From Azolla caroliniana (lineage: Eukaryota > Plantae > Polypodiophyta), in the NCBI GenBank assembly GCA_043228905.1, contig JBHGNT010000186.1, forward strand, positions 1 through 56,952: a stretch of 56,952 nt of DNA. Reading direction: 5' to 3'. Within the stretch, counting starts at the first letter, position 1, and each line of letters begins with the position of its first letter. Shown piece by piece: positions 27,080-39,900 of this stretch. The translations under genes were made by a program, and so were the position numbers. Below the pieces are notes generated by a model. That model did not search any database. It was not told where the DNA came from and saw only the letters and a program-made list of their open reading frames with translations.

Positions 27080-28860
27080 GTGTTCAAACATGCAAATCGA
27101 AGCTAACAAGGCTAGCTATGATATAGAATTAAAAAATCGAGATTTTGAAACTTAGGTCGAGAGACATGAAGAAATTAGCATATTTGAGGAGGGAGTTGAG
27201 AAGAGCGTGTGAGTAAATTAAAATGGTCATACCTGGCTCGTGTGATATCGGATTTCTGTGTTCAAACATGCGAATCGAAACTAACAAGGCTAGCTATGAT
27301 ATAGAATTAAAAAATCGAGATTTTGAAACTCAGGTCGAGAGACATGAAGAAATTAGCATATTTGAGGAGGGAGTTGAGAAGAGCGTGTGTGTAAATTAAA
27401 ATGGTCATACCTGGCTCGTGTGATATCGGATTTCTGTGTTCAAACATGCGAATCGAAGCTAAAGAGGCTAGCTATGATATAGAATTAAAAAATCGAGATT
27501 TTGAAACTTAGGTCGAGAGACATGAAGAAATTAGCATATTTGAGGAGGGAGTTGAGAAGAGCGTGTGAGTAAATTAAAATGGTCATACCTGGCTCGTGTG
27601 ATATCGGATTTCTGTGTTCAAACATGCGAATCGAAACTAACAAGGCTAGCTATGATATAGAATTAAAAAATCGAGATTTTGAAACTCAGGTCGAGAGACA
27701 TGAAGAAATTAGCATATTTGAGGAGGGAGTTGAGAAGAGCGTGTGTGTAAATTAAAATGGTCATACCTGGCTCGTGTGATATCGGATTTCTGTGTTCAAA
27801 CATGCGAATCGAAGCTAACAAGGCTAGCTATGATATAGAATTAAAAAATCGAGATTTTGAAACTTAGGTCGAGAGACATGAAGAAATTAGCATATTTGAG
27901 GAGGGAGTTGAGAAGAGCGTGTGAGTAAATTAAAATGGTCATACCTGGCTCGTGTGATATCGGATTTCAGTGTTCAAACATGCAAATCGAAGCTAACAAG
28001 GCTAGCTATGATATAGAATTAAAAAATCGAGATTTTGAAACTTAGGTCGAGAGACATGAAGAAATTAGCATATTTGAGGAGGGAGTTGAGAAGAGCGTGT
28101 GAGTAAATTAAAATGGTCATACCTGGCTCGTGTGATATCGGATTTCTGTGTTCAAACATGCGAATCGAAACTAACAAGGCTAGCTATGATATAGAATTAA
28201 AAAATCGAGATTTTGAAACTCAGGTCGAGAGACATGAAGAAATTAGCATATTTGAGGAGGGAGTTGAGAAGAGCGTGTGTGTAAATTAAAATGGTCATAC
28301 CTGGCTCGTGTGATATCGGATTTCTGTGTTCAAACATGCGAATCGAAGCTAAAGAGGCTAGCTATGATATAGAATTAAAAAATCGAGATTTTGAAACTTA
28401 GGTCGAGAGACATGAAGAAATTAGCATATTTGAGGAGGGAGTTGAGAAGAGCGTGTGAGTAAATTAAAATGGTCATACCTGGCTCGTGTGATATAGGATT
28501 TCTGTGTTCAAACATGCGAATCGAAACTAACAAGGCTAGCTATGATATAGAATTAAAAAATCGAGATTTTGAAACTCAGGTCGAGAGACATGAAGAAATT
28601 AGCATATTTGAGGAGGGAGTTGAGAAGAGCGTGTGTGTAAATTAAAATGGTCATACCTGGCTCGTGTGATATCGGATTTCTGTGTTCAAACATGCGAATC
28701 GAAGCTAACAAGGCTAGCTATGATATAGAATTAAAAAATCGAGATTTTGAAACTTAGGTCGAGAGACATGAAGAAATTAGCATATTTGAGGAGGGAGTTG
28801 AGAAGAGCGTGTGAGTAAATTAAAATGGTCATACCTGGCTCGTGTGATATCGGATTTCAG
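27080..28860 (+). repeat. Tandem 5-monomer (890-bp) duplication
   Basis: The private variants AAAGAGGCTA (27461/28351) and ATTTCAGTG (27969/28859) each occur twice, 890 bp apart. Confidence 0.9.
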
Positions 28861-29755
28861 TGTTCAAACATGCGAATCGAAACTAACAAGGCTAGCTATG
28901 ATATTGAATAAAAAAATCGAGATTTTGAAACTCAGGTCGAGAGACATGAAGAAATTAGCATATTTGAGGAGGGAGTTGAGAAGAGCCAGTGAGTAAATTA
29001 AAATGGTCATACCTGGCTCGTGTGATATCGGATTTCTGTGTTCAAACATGCGAATCGAAACTAACAAGGCTAGCTATGATATAGAATTAAAAAATCGAGA
29101 TTTTGAAACTCAGGTCGAGAGAATTGAGGAAATTAGCATATTTGAGGAGGGAGTTGAGAAGAGCCAGTGAGTAAATTAAAATGGTCATACCTGGCTCGTG
29201 TGATATCGGATTTCTGTGTTCAAACATGCAAATCGAAGCTAACAAGGCTAGCTATGATATAGAATTAAAAAATCGAGATTTTGAAACTCAGGTCAAGAGA
29301 CATGAAGAAATTAGCATATTTGAGGAGGGAGTTGAGAAGAGCGTGTGAGTAAATTAAAATGGTCATACCTGGCTCGTGTGATATCGGATTTCTGTGTTCA
29401 AACATGCAAATCGAACCTAACAAGGCTAGCTATGATATAGAATTAAAAAATCGAGATTTTGAAACTCAGGTCGAGAGACATGAAGAAATTAGCATATTTG
29501 AGGAGGGAGTTGAGAAGAGCGTGTGAGTAAATTAAAATGGTCATACCTGGCTCGTGTGATATCGGATTTCTGTGTTCAAACATGCGAATCGAAACTAACA
29601 AGGCTAGCTATGATATAGAATAAAAAAATCGAGATTTTGAAACTCAGGTCGAGAGACATGAAGAAATTAGCATATTTGAGGAGGGAGTTGAGAAGAGCCA
29701 GTGAGTAAATTAAAATGGTCATACGTGGCTCGTGTGATATCGGATTTCTGTGTTC

Positions 29756-32700
29756 AAACATGCGAATCGAAACTAACAAGGCTAGCTATGATATAGAATT
29801 AAAAAATCGTTATTTTGAAACTCAGGTCGAGAGACATGAGGAAACTAGCATATTTGAGGAGGGAGTTGAGAAGAGCCAGTGAGTAAATTAAAATGGTCAT
29901 ACCTGGCTCGTGTGATATCGGATTTCTGTGTTCAAACATGCAAATCGAAGCTAACAAGGATAGCTATGATATAAAATTAAAAAATCAAGTTTTTGAAACT
30001 GAAGTCGAAAGACATGAGGAAATTAGCATGTTGGAGGAAGGAGTTGAGAAGAGCGAGTGAGTAAATTAAAATGGTCATACCTGGCTCGTGTGATATCGGA
30101 TTTCTGTGTTCAAACATGCGAATCGAAACTAACAAGGCTAGCTATGATATAGAATTAAAAAATCGAGATTTTGAAACTCAGGTCGAGAGACATGAGGAAA
30201 TTAGCATATTTGAGGAGGGAGTTGAGAAGAGCGAGTGAGTAAATTAAAATGGTCATACCTGGCTCGTGTGATATCGGATTTCTGTGTTCAAACATGCGAA
30301 TCGAAGCTAACAAGGCTAGCTATGATATAGAATTAAAAAATCGAGATTTTGAAACTCAGGTCGAGAGACATGAAAAAATTAGCATATTTGAGGAGGGAGT
30401 TGAGAAGAGCGTGTGAGTAAATTAAAATGGTCATACCTGGCTCGTGTGATATCGGATTTCTGTGTTCAAACATGCGAATCGAAACTAACAAGGCTTGCTA
30501 TGATATAGAATTAAAAAATCAAGATTTTGAAACTGACGTCGAAAGACATGAGGAAATTAGCATGTTGGAGGAGGGAGTTGAGAAGAGCGAGTGAGTAAAT
30601 TAAAATGGTCATACCTGGCTCGTGTGATATCGGATTTCTGTGTTCAAACATGCGAATCGAAGCTAACAAGGCTAGCTATGATATAGAATTAAAAAATCGA
30701 GATGTTGAAACTCAGGTCGAGAGACATGAAGAAATTAGCATATTTGAGGAGGGAGTTGAGAAGAGCGTGTGTGTAAATTAAAATGGTCATACCTGGCTCG
30801 TGTGATATCGGATTTCTGTGTTCAAACATGCGAATCGAAGCTAACAAGGCTAGCTATGATATAGAATTAAAAAATCGAGATTTTGAAACTCAGGTCGAGA
30901 GACATGAAGAAATTAGCATATTTGAGGAGGGAGTTGAGAAGAGCGTGTGAGTAAATTAAAATGGTCATACCTGGCTCGTGTGATATCGGATTTCTGTGTT
31001 CAAACATGCGAATCGAAACTAACAAGGCTAGCTATGATATAGACTTAAAAAATCGTGATTTCGAAACTGACGTCGAAAGACATGAGGAAATTAGCATGCT
31101 GGAGGAGGGAGTTGAGAAGAGCGAGTGAGTAAATTAAAATGGTCATACCTGGCTCGTGTGATATCGGATTTCTGTGTTCAAACATGCGAATCGAAGCTAA
31201 CAAGGCTAGCTATGATATAGAATTAAAAAATCGAGATTTTGAAACTCAGGTGAGAGACATGAGGAAATTAGCATATTTGATGAGGGAGTTGAGAAGAGTC
31301 AGTGAGTAAATTAAAATGGTCATACCTGGCTCGTGTGATATCGGATTTCTGTGTTCAAACATGCAAATCGAAGCTAACAAGGCTAGCTATGATATAGAAT
31401 TAAAAAATCGAGATTTTGAAACTCAGGTCGAGAGACATGAAGAAATTAGCATATTTGAGGAGGGAGTTGAGAAGAGCGAGTGAGTAAATTAAAATGGTCA
31501 TACCTGGCTCGTGTGATATCGGATTTCTGTGTTCAAACATGCGAATCGAAACTAACAAGGCTAGCTATGATATAGAATTAAAAAATCAAGATTTTGAAAC
31601 TCAGGTCGAGAGACATGAGGAAATTAGCATATTTGAGGAGGGAGTTGAGAAGAGTCAGTGAGTAAATTAAAATGGTCATACCTGGCTCGTGTGATATCGG
31701 ATTTCTGTGTTCAAACATGCAAATCGAAGCTAACAAGGCTAGCTATGATATAGAATTAAAAAATCGAGATTTTGAAACTCAGGTCGAGAGACATCAAGAA
31801 ATTAGCATATTTGAGGAGGGAGTTGAGAAGAGCGTGTGTGTAAATTAAAATGGTCATACCTGGCTCGTGTGATATCGGATTTCTGTGTTCAAACATGCGA
31901 ATCGAAGCTAACAAGGCTAGCTATGATATAGAATTAAAAAATCGAGATTTTGAAACTTAGGTCGAGAGACATGAAGAAATTAGCATATTTGAGGAGGGAG
32001 TTGAGAAGAGCGTGTGAGTAAATTAAAATGGTCATACCTGGCTCGTGTGATATCGGATTTCTGTGTTAAAACATGCGAATCGAAACTAACAAGGCTAGCT
32101 ATGATATAGAATTAAAAAATCGTTATTTTGAAACTCAGGTCGAGAGACATGAGGAAACTAGCATATTTGAGGAGGGAGTTGAGAAGAGCCAGTGAGTAAA
32201 TTAAAATGGTCATACCTGGCTCGTGTGATATCGGATTTCTGTGTTCAAACATGCAAATCGAAGCTAACAAGGATAGCTATGATATAAAATTAAAAAATCA
32301 AGTTTTTGAAACTGAAGTCGAAAGACATGAGGAAATTAGCATGTTGGAGGAAGGAGTTGAGAAGAGCGAGTGAGTAAATTAAAATGGTCATACCTGGCTC
32401 GTGTGATATCGGATTTCTGTGTTCAAACATGCGAATCGAAACTAACAAGGCTAGCTATGATATAGAATTAAAAAATCGAGATTTTGAAACTCAGGTCGAG
32501 AGACATGAGGAAATTAGCATATTTGAGGAGGGAGTTGAGAAGAGCGAGTGAGTAAATTAAAATGGTCATACCTGGCTCGTGTGATATCGGATTTCTGTGT
32601 TCAAACATGCGAATCGAAGCTAACAAGGCTAGCTATGATATAGAATTAAAAAATCGAGATTTTGAAACTCAGGTCGAGAGACATGAAAAAATTAGCATAT

Positions 32701-34381
32701 TTGAGGAGGGAGTTGAGAAGAGCGTGTGAGTAAATTAAAATGGTCATACCTGGCTCGTGTGATATCGGATTTCTGTGTTCAAACATGCGAATCGAAACTA
32801 ACAAGGCTTGCTATGATATAGAATTAAAAAATCAAGATTTTGAAACTGACGTCGAAAGACATGAGGAAATTAGCATGTTGGAGGAGGGAGTTGAGAAGAG
32901 CGAGTGAGTAAATTAAAATGGTCATACCTGGCTCGTGTGATATCGGATTTCTGTGTTCAAACATGCGAATCGAAGCTAACAAGGCTAGCTATGATATAGA
33001 ATTAAAAAATCGAGATGTTGAAACTCAGGTCGAGAGACATGAAGAAATTAGCATATTTGAGGAGGGAGTTGAGAAGAGCGTGTGTGTAAATTAAAATGGT
33101 CATACCTGGCTCGTGTGATATCGGATTTCTGTGTTCAAACATGCGAATCGAAGCTAACAAGGCTAGCTATGATATAGAATTAAAAAATCGAGATTTTGAA
33201 ACTCAGGTCGAGAGACATGAAGAAATTAGCATATTTGAGGAGGGAGTTGAGAAGAGCGTGTGAGTAAATTAAAATGGTCATACCTGGCTCGTGTGATATC
33301 GGATTTCTGTGTTCAAACATGCGAATCGAAACTAACAAGGCTAGCTATGATATAGACTTAAAAAATCGTGATTTCGAAACTGACGTCGAAAGACATGAGG
33401 AAATTAGCATGCTGGAGGAGGGAGTTGAGAAGAGCGAGTGAGTAAATTAAAATGGTCATACCTGGCTCGTGTGATATCGGATTTCTGTGTTCAAACATGC
33501 GAATCGAAGCTAACAAGGCTAGCTATGATATAGAATTAAAAAATCGAGATTTTGAAACTCAGGTGAGAGACATGAGGAAATTAGCATATTTGATGAGGGA
33601 GTTGAGAAGAGTCAGTGAGTAAATTAAAATGGTCATACCTGGCTCGTGTGATATCGGATTTCTGTGTTCAAACATGCAAATCGAAGCTAACAAGGCTAGC
33701 TATGATATAGAATTAAAAAATCGAGATTTTGAAACTCAGGTCGAGAGACATGAAGAAATTAGCATATTTGAGGAGGGAGTTGAGAAGAGCGAGTGAGTAA
33801 ATTAAAATGGTCATACCTGGCTCGTGTGATATCGGATTTCTGTGTTCAAACATGCGAATCGAAACTAACAAGGCTAGCTATGATATAGAATTAAAAAATC
33901 AAGATTTTGAAACTCAGGTCGAGAGACATGAGGAAATTAGCATATTTGAGGAGGGAGTTGAGAAGAGTCAGTGAGTAAATTAAAATGGTCATACCTGGCT
34001 CGTGTGATATCGGATTTCTGTGTTCAAACATGCAAATCGAAGCTAACAAGGCTAGCTATGATATAGAATTAAAAAATCGAGATTTTGAAACTCAGGTCGA
34101 GAGACATCAAGAAATTAGCATATTTGAGGAGGGAGTTGAGAAGAGCGTGTGTGTAAATTAAAATGGTCATACCTGGCTCGTGTGATATCGGATTTCTGTG
34201 TTCAAACATGCGAATCGAAGCTAACAAGGCTAGCTATGATATAGAATTAAAAAATCGAGATTTTGAAACTTAGGTCGAGAGACATGAAGAAATTAGCATA
34301 TTTGAGGAGGGAGTTGAGAAGAGCGTGTGAGTAAATTAAAATGGTCATACCTGGCTCGTGTGATATCGGATTTCTGTGTTA
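29756..34381 (+). repeat. Tandem 13-monomer (2313-bp) duplication
   Basis: CGTTATTTTG with GAGGAAACTA at 29808/32121, CTGAAGTCG in the following monomer of both copies, and GTTAAAAC at 32068/34381. 2313 = 13x178-1. Confidence 0.92.
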
Positions 34382-36959
34382 AAACATGCGAATCGAAACT
34401 AACAAGGCTAGCTATGATATAGACTTAAAAAATCGTGATTTCGAAACTGACGTCGAAAGACATGAGGAAATTAGCATGCTGGAGGAGGGAGTTGAGAAGA
34501 GCGAGTGAGTAAATTAAAATGGTCATACCTGGCTCGTGTGATATCGGATTTCTGTGTTCAAACATGCGAATCGAAACTAACAAGGCTAGCTATGATATAG
34601 AATTAAAAACTCGAGATTTTGAAACTCAGGTCGAGAGACATGAGGAAATTAGCATATTTGAGGAGGGAGTTGAGAAGAGCCAGTGAGTAAATTAAAATGG
34701 TCATACCTGGCTCGTGTGATATCGGATTTCTGTGTTCAAACATGCAAATCGAAGCTAACAAGGATAGCTATGATATAAAATTAAAAAATCAAGTTTTTGA
34801 AACTGACGTCGAAAGACATGAGGAAATTAGCATGCTGGAGGAGGGAGTTGAGAAGAGCGAGTGAGTAAATTAAAATGGTCATACCTGGCTCGTGTGATAT
34901 CGGATTTCTGTGTTCAAACATGCGAATCGAAACTAACAAGGCTAGCTATGATATAGAATTAAAAAATCGAGATTTTGAAACTCAGGTCGAGAGAATTGAG
35001 GAAATTAGCATATTTGAGGAGGGAGTTGAGAAGAGCTAGTGAGTAAATTAAAATGGTCATACCTGGCTCGTGTGATATCGGATTTCTGTGTTCAAACATG
35101 CAAATCGAAGCTAACAAGGCTAGCTATGATATAGAATTAAAAAATCGAGATTTTGAAACTCAGGTCAAGAGACATGAAGAAATTAGCATATTTGAGGAGG
35201 GAGTTGAGAAGAGCGTGTGAGTAAATTAAAATGGTCATACCTGGCTCGTGTGATATCGGATTTCTGTGTTCAAACATGCAAATCGAAGCTAACAAGGCTA
35301 GTTATGATATAGTATTAAAAAATCAAGATTTTGAAACTCAGGTCGAGAGACATGAAGAAATTAGCATATTTGAGGAGGGAGTTGAGAAGAGCGTGTGAGT
35401 AAATTAAAATGGTCATACCTGGCTCGTGTGATATCGGATTTCTGTGTTCAAACATGCGAATCGAAACTAACAAGGCTAGCTATGATATAGAATAAAAAAA
35501 TCGAGATTTTGAAACTCAGGTCGAGAGACATGAAGAAATTAGCATATTTGAGGAGGGAGTTGAGAAGAGCCAGTGAGTAAATTAAATTGGTCATACCTGG
35601 CTCGTGTGATATCGGATTTCTGTGTTCAAACATGCAAATCGAAGCTAACACGGCTAGCTATGATATAGAATTAAAAAATCGAGATTTTGAAACTCAGGGC
35701 GAGAGACATGAAGAAATTAGCATATTTGAGGAGGGAGTTGAGAAGAGCGAGTGAGTAAATTAAAATGGTCATACCTGGCTCGTGTGATATCGGATTTCTG
35801 TGTTCAAACATGCAAATCGAAGCTAACAAGGCTAGTTATGATATAGTATTAAAAAATCAAGATTTTGAAACTCAGGTCGAGAGACATGAAGAAATTAGCA
35901 TATTTGAGGAGGGAGTTGAGAAGAGCGTGTGAGTAAATTAAAATGGTCATACCTGGCTCGTGTGATATCGGATTTCTGTGTTCAAACATGCGAATCGAAA
36001 CTAACAAGGCTAGCTATGATATAGAATAAAAAAATCGAGATTTTGAAACTCAGGTCGAGAGACATGAAGAAATTAGCATATTTGAGGAGGGAGTTGAGAA
36101 GAGCCAGTGAGTAAATTAAAATGTTCATACCTGGCTCGTGTGATATCGGATTTCTGTGTTCAAACATGCGAATCGAAACTAACAAGGCTAGCTATGATAT
36201 AGAATTAAAAAATCGAGATTTTGAAACTCAGGTCGAGAGACATGAGGAAATTAGCATATTTGAGGAGGGAGTTGAGAAGAGTCAGTGAGTAAATTAAAAG
36301 GGTCATACCTGGCTCGTGTGATATCGGATTTCTGTGTTCAAACATGCGAATCGAAACTAACAAGGCTAGCTATGATATAGACTTAAAAAATCGTGATTTC
36401 GAAACTGACGTCGAAAGACATGAGGAAATTAGCATATTTGAGGAGGGAGTTGAGAAGAGCGAGTGAGTAAATTAAAATGGTCATACCTGGCTCGTGTGAT
36501 ATCGGATTTCTGTGTTCAAACATGCGAATCGAAGCTAACAAGGCTAGCTATGATATAGAATTAAAAAATCGAGATTTTGAAACTTAGGTCGAGAGACATG
36601 AAGAAATTAGCATATTTGAGGAGGGAGTTGAGAAGAGCGTGTGAGTAAATTAAAATGGTCATACCTGGCTCGTGTGATATCGGATTTCTGTGTTAAAACA
36701 TGCGAATCGAAACTAACAAGGCTAGCTATGATATAGACTTAAAAAATCGTGATTTCGAAACTGACGTCGAAAGACATGAGGAAATTAGCATGCTGGAGGA
36801 GGGAGTTGAGAAGAGCGAGTGAGTAAATTAAAATGGTCATACCTGGCTCGTGTGATATCGGATTTCTGTGTTCAAACATGCGAATCGAAACTAACAAGGC
36901 TAGCTATGATATAGAATTAAAAAATCGAGATTTTGAAACTCAGGTCGAGAGAATTGAGG

Positions 36960-39900
36960 AAATTAGCATATTTGAGGAGGGAGTTGAGAAGAGCTAGTGA
37001 GTAAATTAAAATGGTCATACCTGGCTCGTGTGATATCGGATTTCTGTGTTCAAACATGCAAATCGAAGCTAACAAGGCTAGCTATGATATAGAATTAAAA
37101 AATCGAGATTTTGAAACTCAGGTCAAGAGACATGAAGAAATTAGCATATTTGAGGAGGGAGTTGAGAAGAGCGTGTGAGTAAATTAAAATGGTCATACCT
37201 GGCTCGTGTGATATCGGATTTCTGTGTTCAAACATGCAAATCGAAGCTAACAAGGCTAGTTATGATATAGTATTAAAAAATCAAGATTTTGAAACTCAGG
37301 TCGAGAGACATGAAGAAATTAGCATATTTGAGGAGGGAGTTGAGAAGAGCGTGTGAGTAAATTAAAATGGTCATACCTGGCTCGTGTGATATCGGATTTC
37401 TGTGTTCAAACATGCGAATCGAAACTAACAAGGCTAGCTATGATATAGAATTAAAAAATCGAGATTTTGAAACTCAGGTCGAGAGAATTGAGGAAATTAG
37501 CATATTTGAGGAGGGAGTTGAGAAGAGCTAGTGAGTAAATTAAAATGGTCATACCTGGCTCGTGTGATATCGGATTTCTGTGTTCAAACATGCAAATCGA
37601 AGCTAACAAGGCTAGCTATGATATAGAATTAAAAAATCGAGATTTTGAAACTCAGGTCAAGAGACATGAAGAAATTAGCATATTTGAGGAGGGAGTTGAG
37701 AAGAGCGTGTGAGTAAATTAAAATGGTCATACCTGGCTCGTGTGATATCGGATTTCTGTGTTCAAACATGCAAATCGAAGCTAACAAGGCTAGTTATGAT
37801 ATAGTATTAAAAAATCAAGATTTTGAAACTCAGGTCGAGAGACATGAAGAAATTAGCATATTTGAGGAGGGAGTTGAGAAGAGCGTGTGAGTAAATTAAA
37901 ATGGTCATACCTGGCTCGTGTGATATCGGATTTCTGTGTTCAAACATGCGAATCGAAACTAACAAGGCTAGCTATGATATAGAATAAAAAAATCGAGATT
38001 TTGAAACTCAGGTCGAGAGACATGAAGAAATTAGCATATTTGAGGAGGGAGTTGAGAAGAGCCAGTGAGTAAATTAAAATGGTCATACCTGGCTCGTGTG
38101 ATATCGGATTTCTGTGTTCAAACATGCGAATCGAAACTAACAAGGCTAGCTATGATATAGAATTAAAAAATCGTGATTTTGAAACTCAGGTCGAGAGACA
38201 TGAGGAAATTAGCATATTTGAGGAGGGAGTTGAGAAGAGCCAGTGAGTAAATTAAAATGGTCATACCTGGCTCGTGTGATATCGGATTTCTGTGTTCAAA
38301 CATGCAAATCGAAGCTAACAAGGCTAGCTATGATATAGAATTAAAAAATCGAGATTTTGAAACTCAGGTCAAGAGACATGAAGAAATTAGCATATTTGAG
38401 GAGGGAGTTGAGAAGAGCGTGTGAGTAAATTAAAATGGTCATACCTGGCTCGTGTGATATCGTATTTCTGTGTTCAAACATGCAAATCGAAGCTAACAAG
38501 GCTAGTTATGATATAGTATTAAAAAATCAAGATTTTTAAACTCAGGTCGAGAGACATGAAGAAATTAGCATATTTGAGGAGGGAGTTGAGAAGAGCGAGT
38601 GAGTAAATTAAAATGGTCATACCTGGCTCGTGTGATATCGGATTTCTGTGTTCAAACATGCGAATCGAAGCTAACAAGGCTAGTTATGATATAGTATTAA
38701 AAAATCAAGATTTTGAAACTCAGGTCGAGAGACATGAAGAAATTAGCATATTTGAGGAGGGAGTTGAGAAGAGCGTGTGAGTAAATTAAAATGGTCATAC
38801 CTGGCTCGTGTGATATCGGATTTCTGTGTTCAAACATGCGAATCGAAACTAACAAGGCTAGCTATGATATAGAATAAAAAAATCGAGATTTTGAAACTCA
38901 GGTCGAGAGACATGAAGAAATTAGCATATTTGAGGAGGGAGTTGAGAAGAGCCAGTGAGTAAATTAAAAGGGTCATACCTGGCTCGTGTGATATCGGATT
39001 TCTGTGTTCAAACATGCGAATCGAAGCTAACAAGGATAGCTATGATATAAAATTAAAAAATCAAGTTTTTGAAACTGACGTCGAAAGACATGAAGAAATT
39101 AGCATGTTGGAGGAAGGAGTTGAGAAGAGCGAGTGAGTAAATTAAAATGGTCATACCTGGCTCGTGTGATATCGGATTTCTGTGTTCAAACATGCGAATC
39201 AAAACTAACAAGGCTAGCTATGATATAGAATTAAAAAATCGAGATTTTGAAACTCAGGTCGAGAGACATGAGGAAATTAGCATATTTGAGGAGGGAGTTG
39301 AGAAGAGCCAGTGAGTAAATTAAAATGGTCATACCTGGCTCGTGTGATATCGGATTTCTGTTTTCAAACATGCGAATCGAATCTAACAAGGCTAGCTATG
39401 ATATAGAATTAAAAAATCGTGATTTTGAAACTCAGGTCGAGAGACATGAGGAAATTAGCATATTTGAGGAGGGAGTTGAGAAGAGCCAGTGAGTAAATTA
39501 AAATGGTCATACCTGGCTCGTGTGATATCGGATTTCTGTGTTCAAACATGCGAATCGAAGCTAACAAGGCTAGCTATGATATAGAATTAAAAAATCGAGA
39601 TTTTGAAACTCAGGTCGAGAGACATGAAGAAATTAGCATATTTGAGGAGGGAGTTGAGAAGAGCGTGTGTGTAAATTAAAATGGTCATAGCTGGCTCGTG
39701 TGATATCGGATTTCTGTGTTCAAACATGCGAATCGAAGCTAACAAGGCTAGCTATGATATAGAATTAAAAAATCGAGATTTTGAAACTTAGGTCGAGAGA
39801 CATGAAGAAATTAGCATATTTGAGGAGGGAGTTGAGAAGAGCGTGTGAGTAAATTAAAATGGTCATACCTGGCTCGTGTGATATCGGATTTCTGTGTTCA

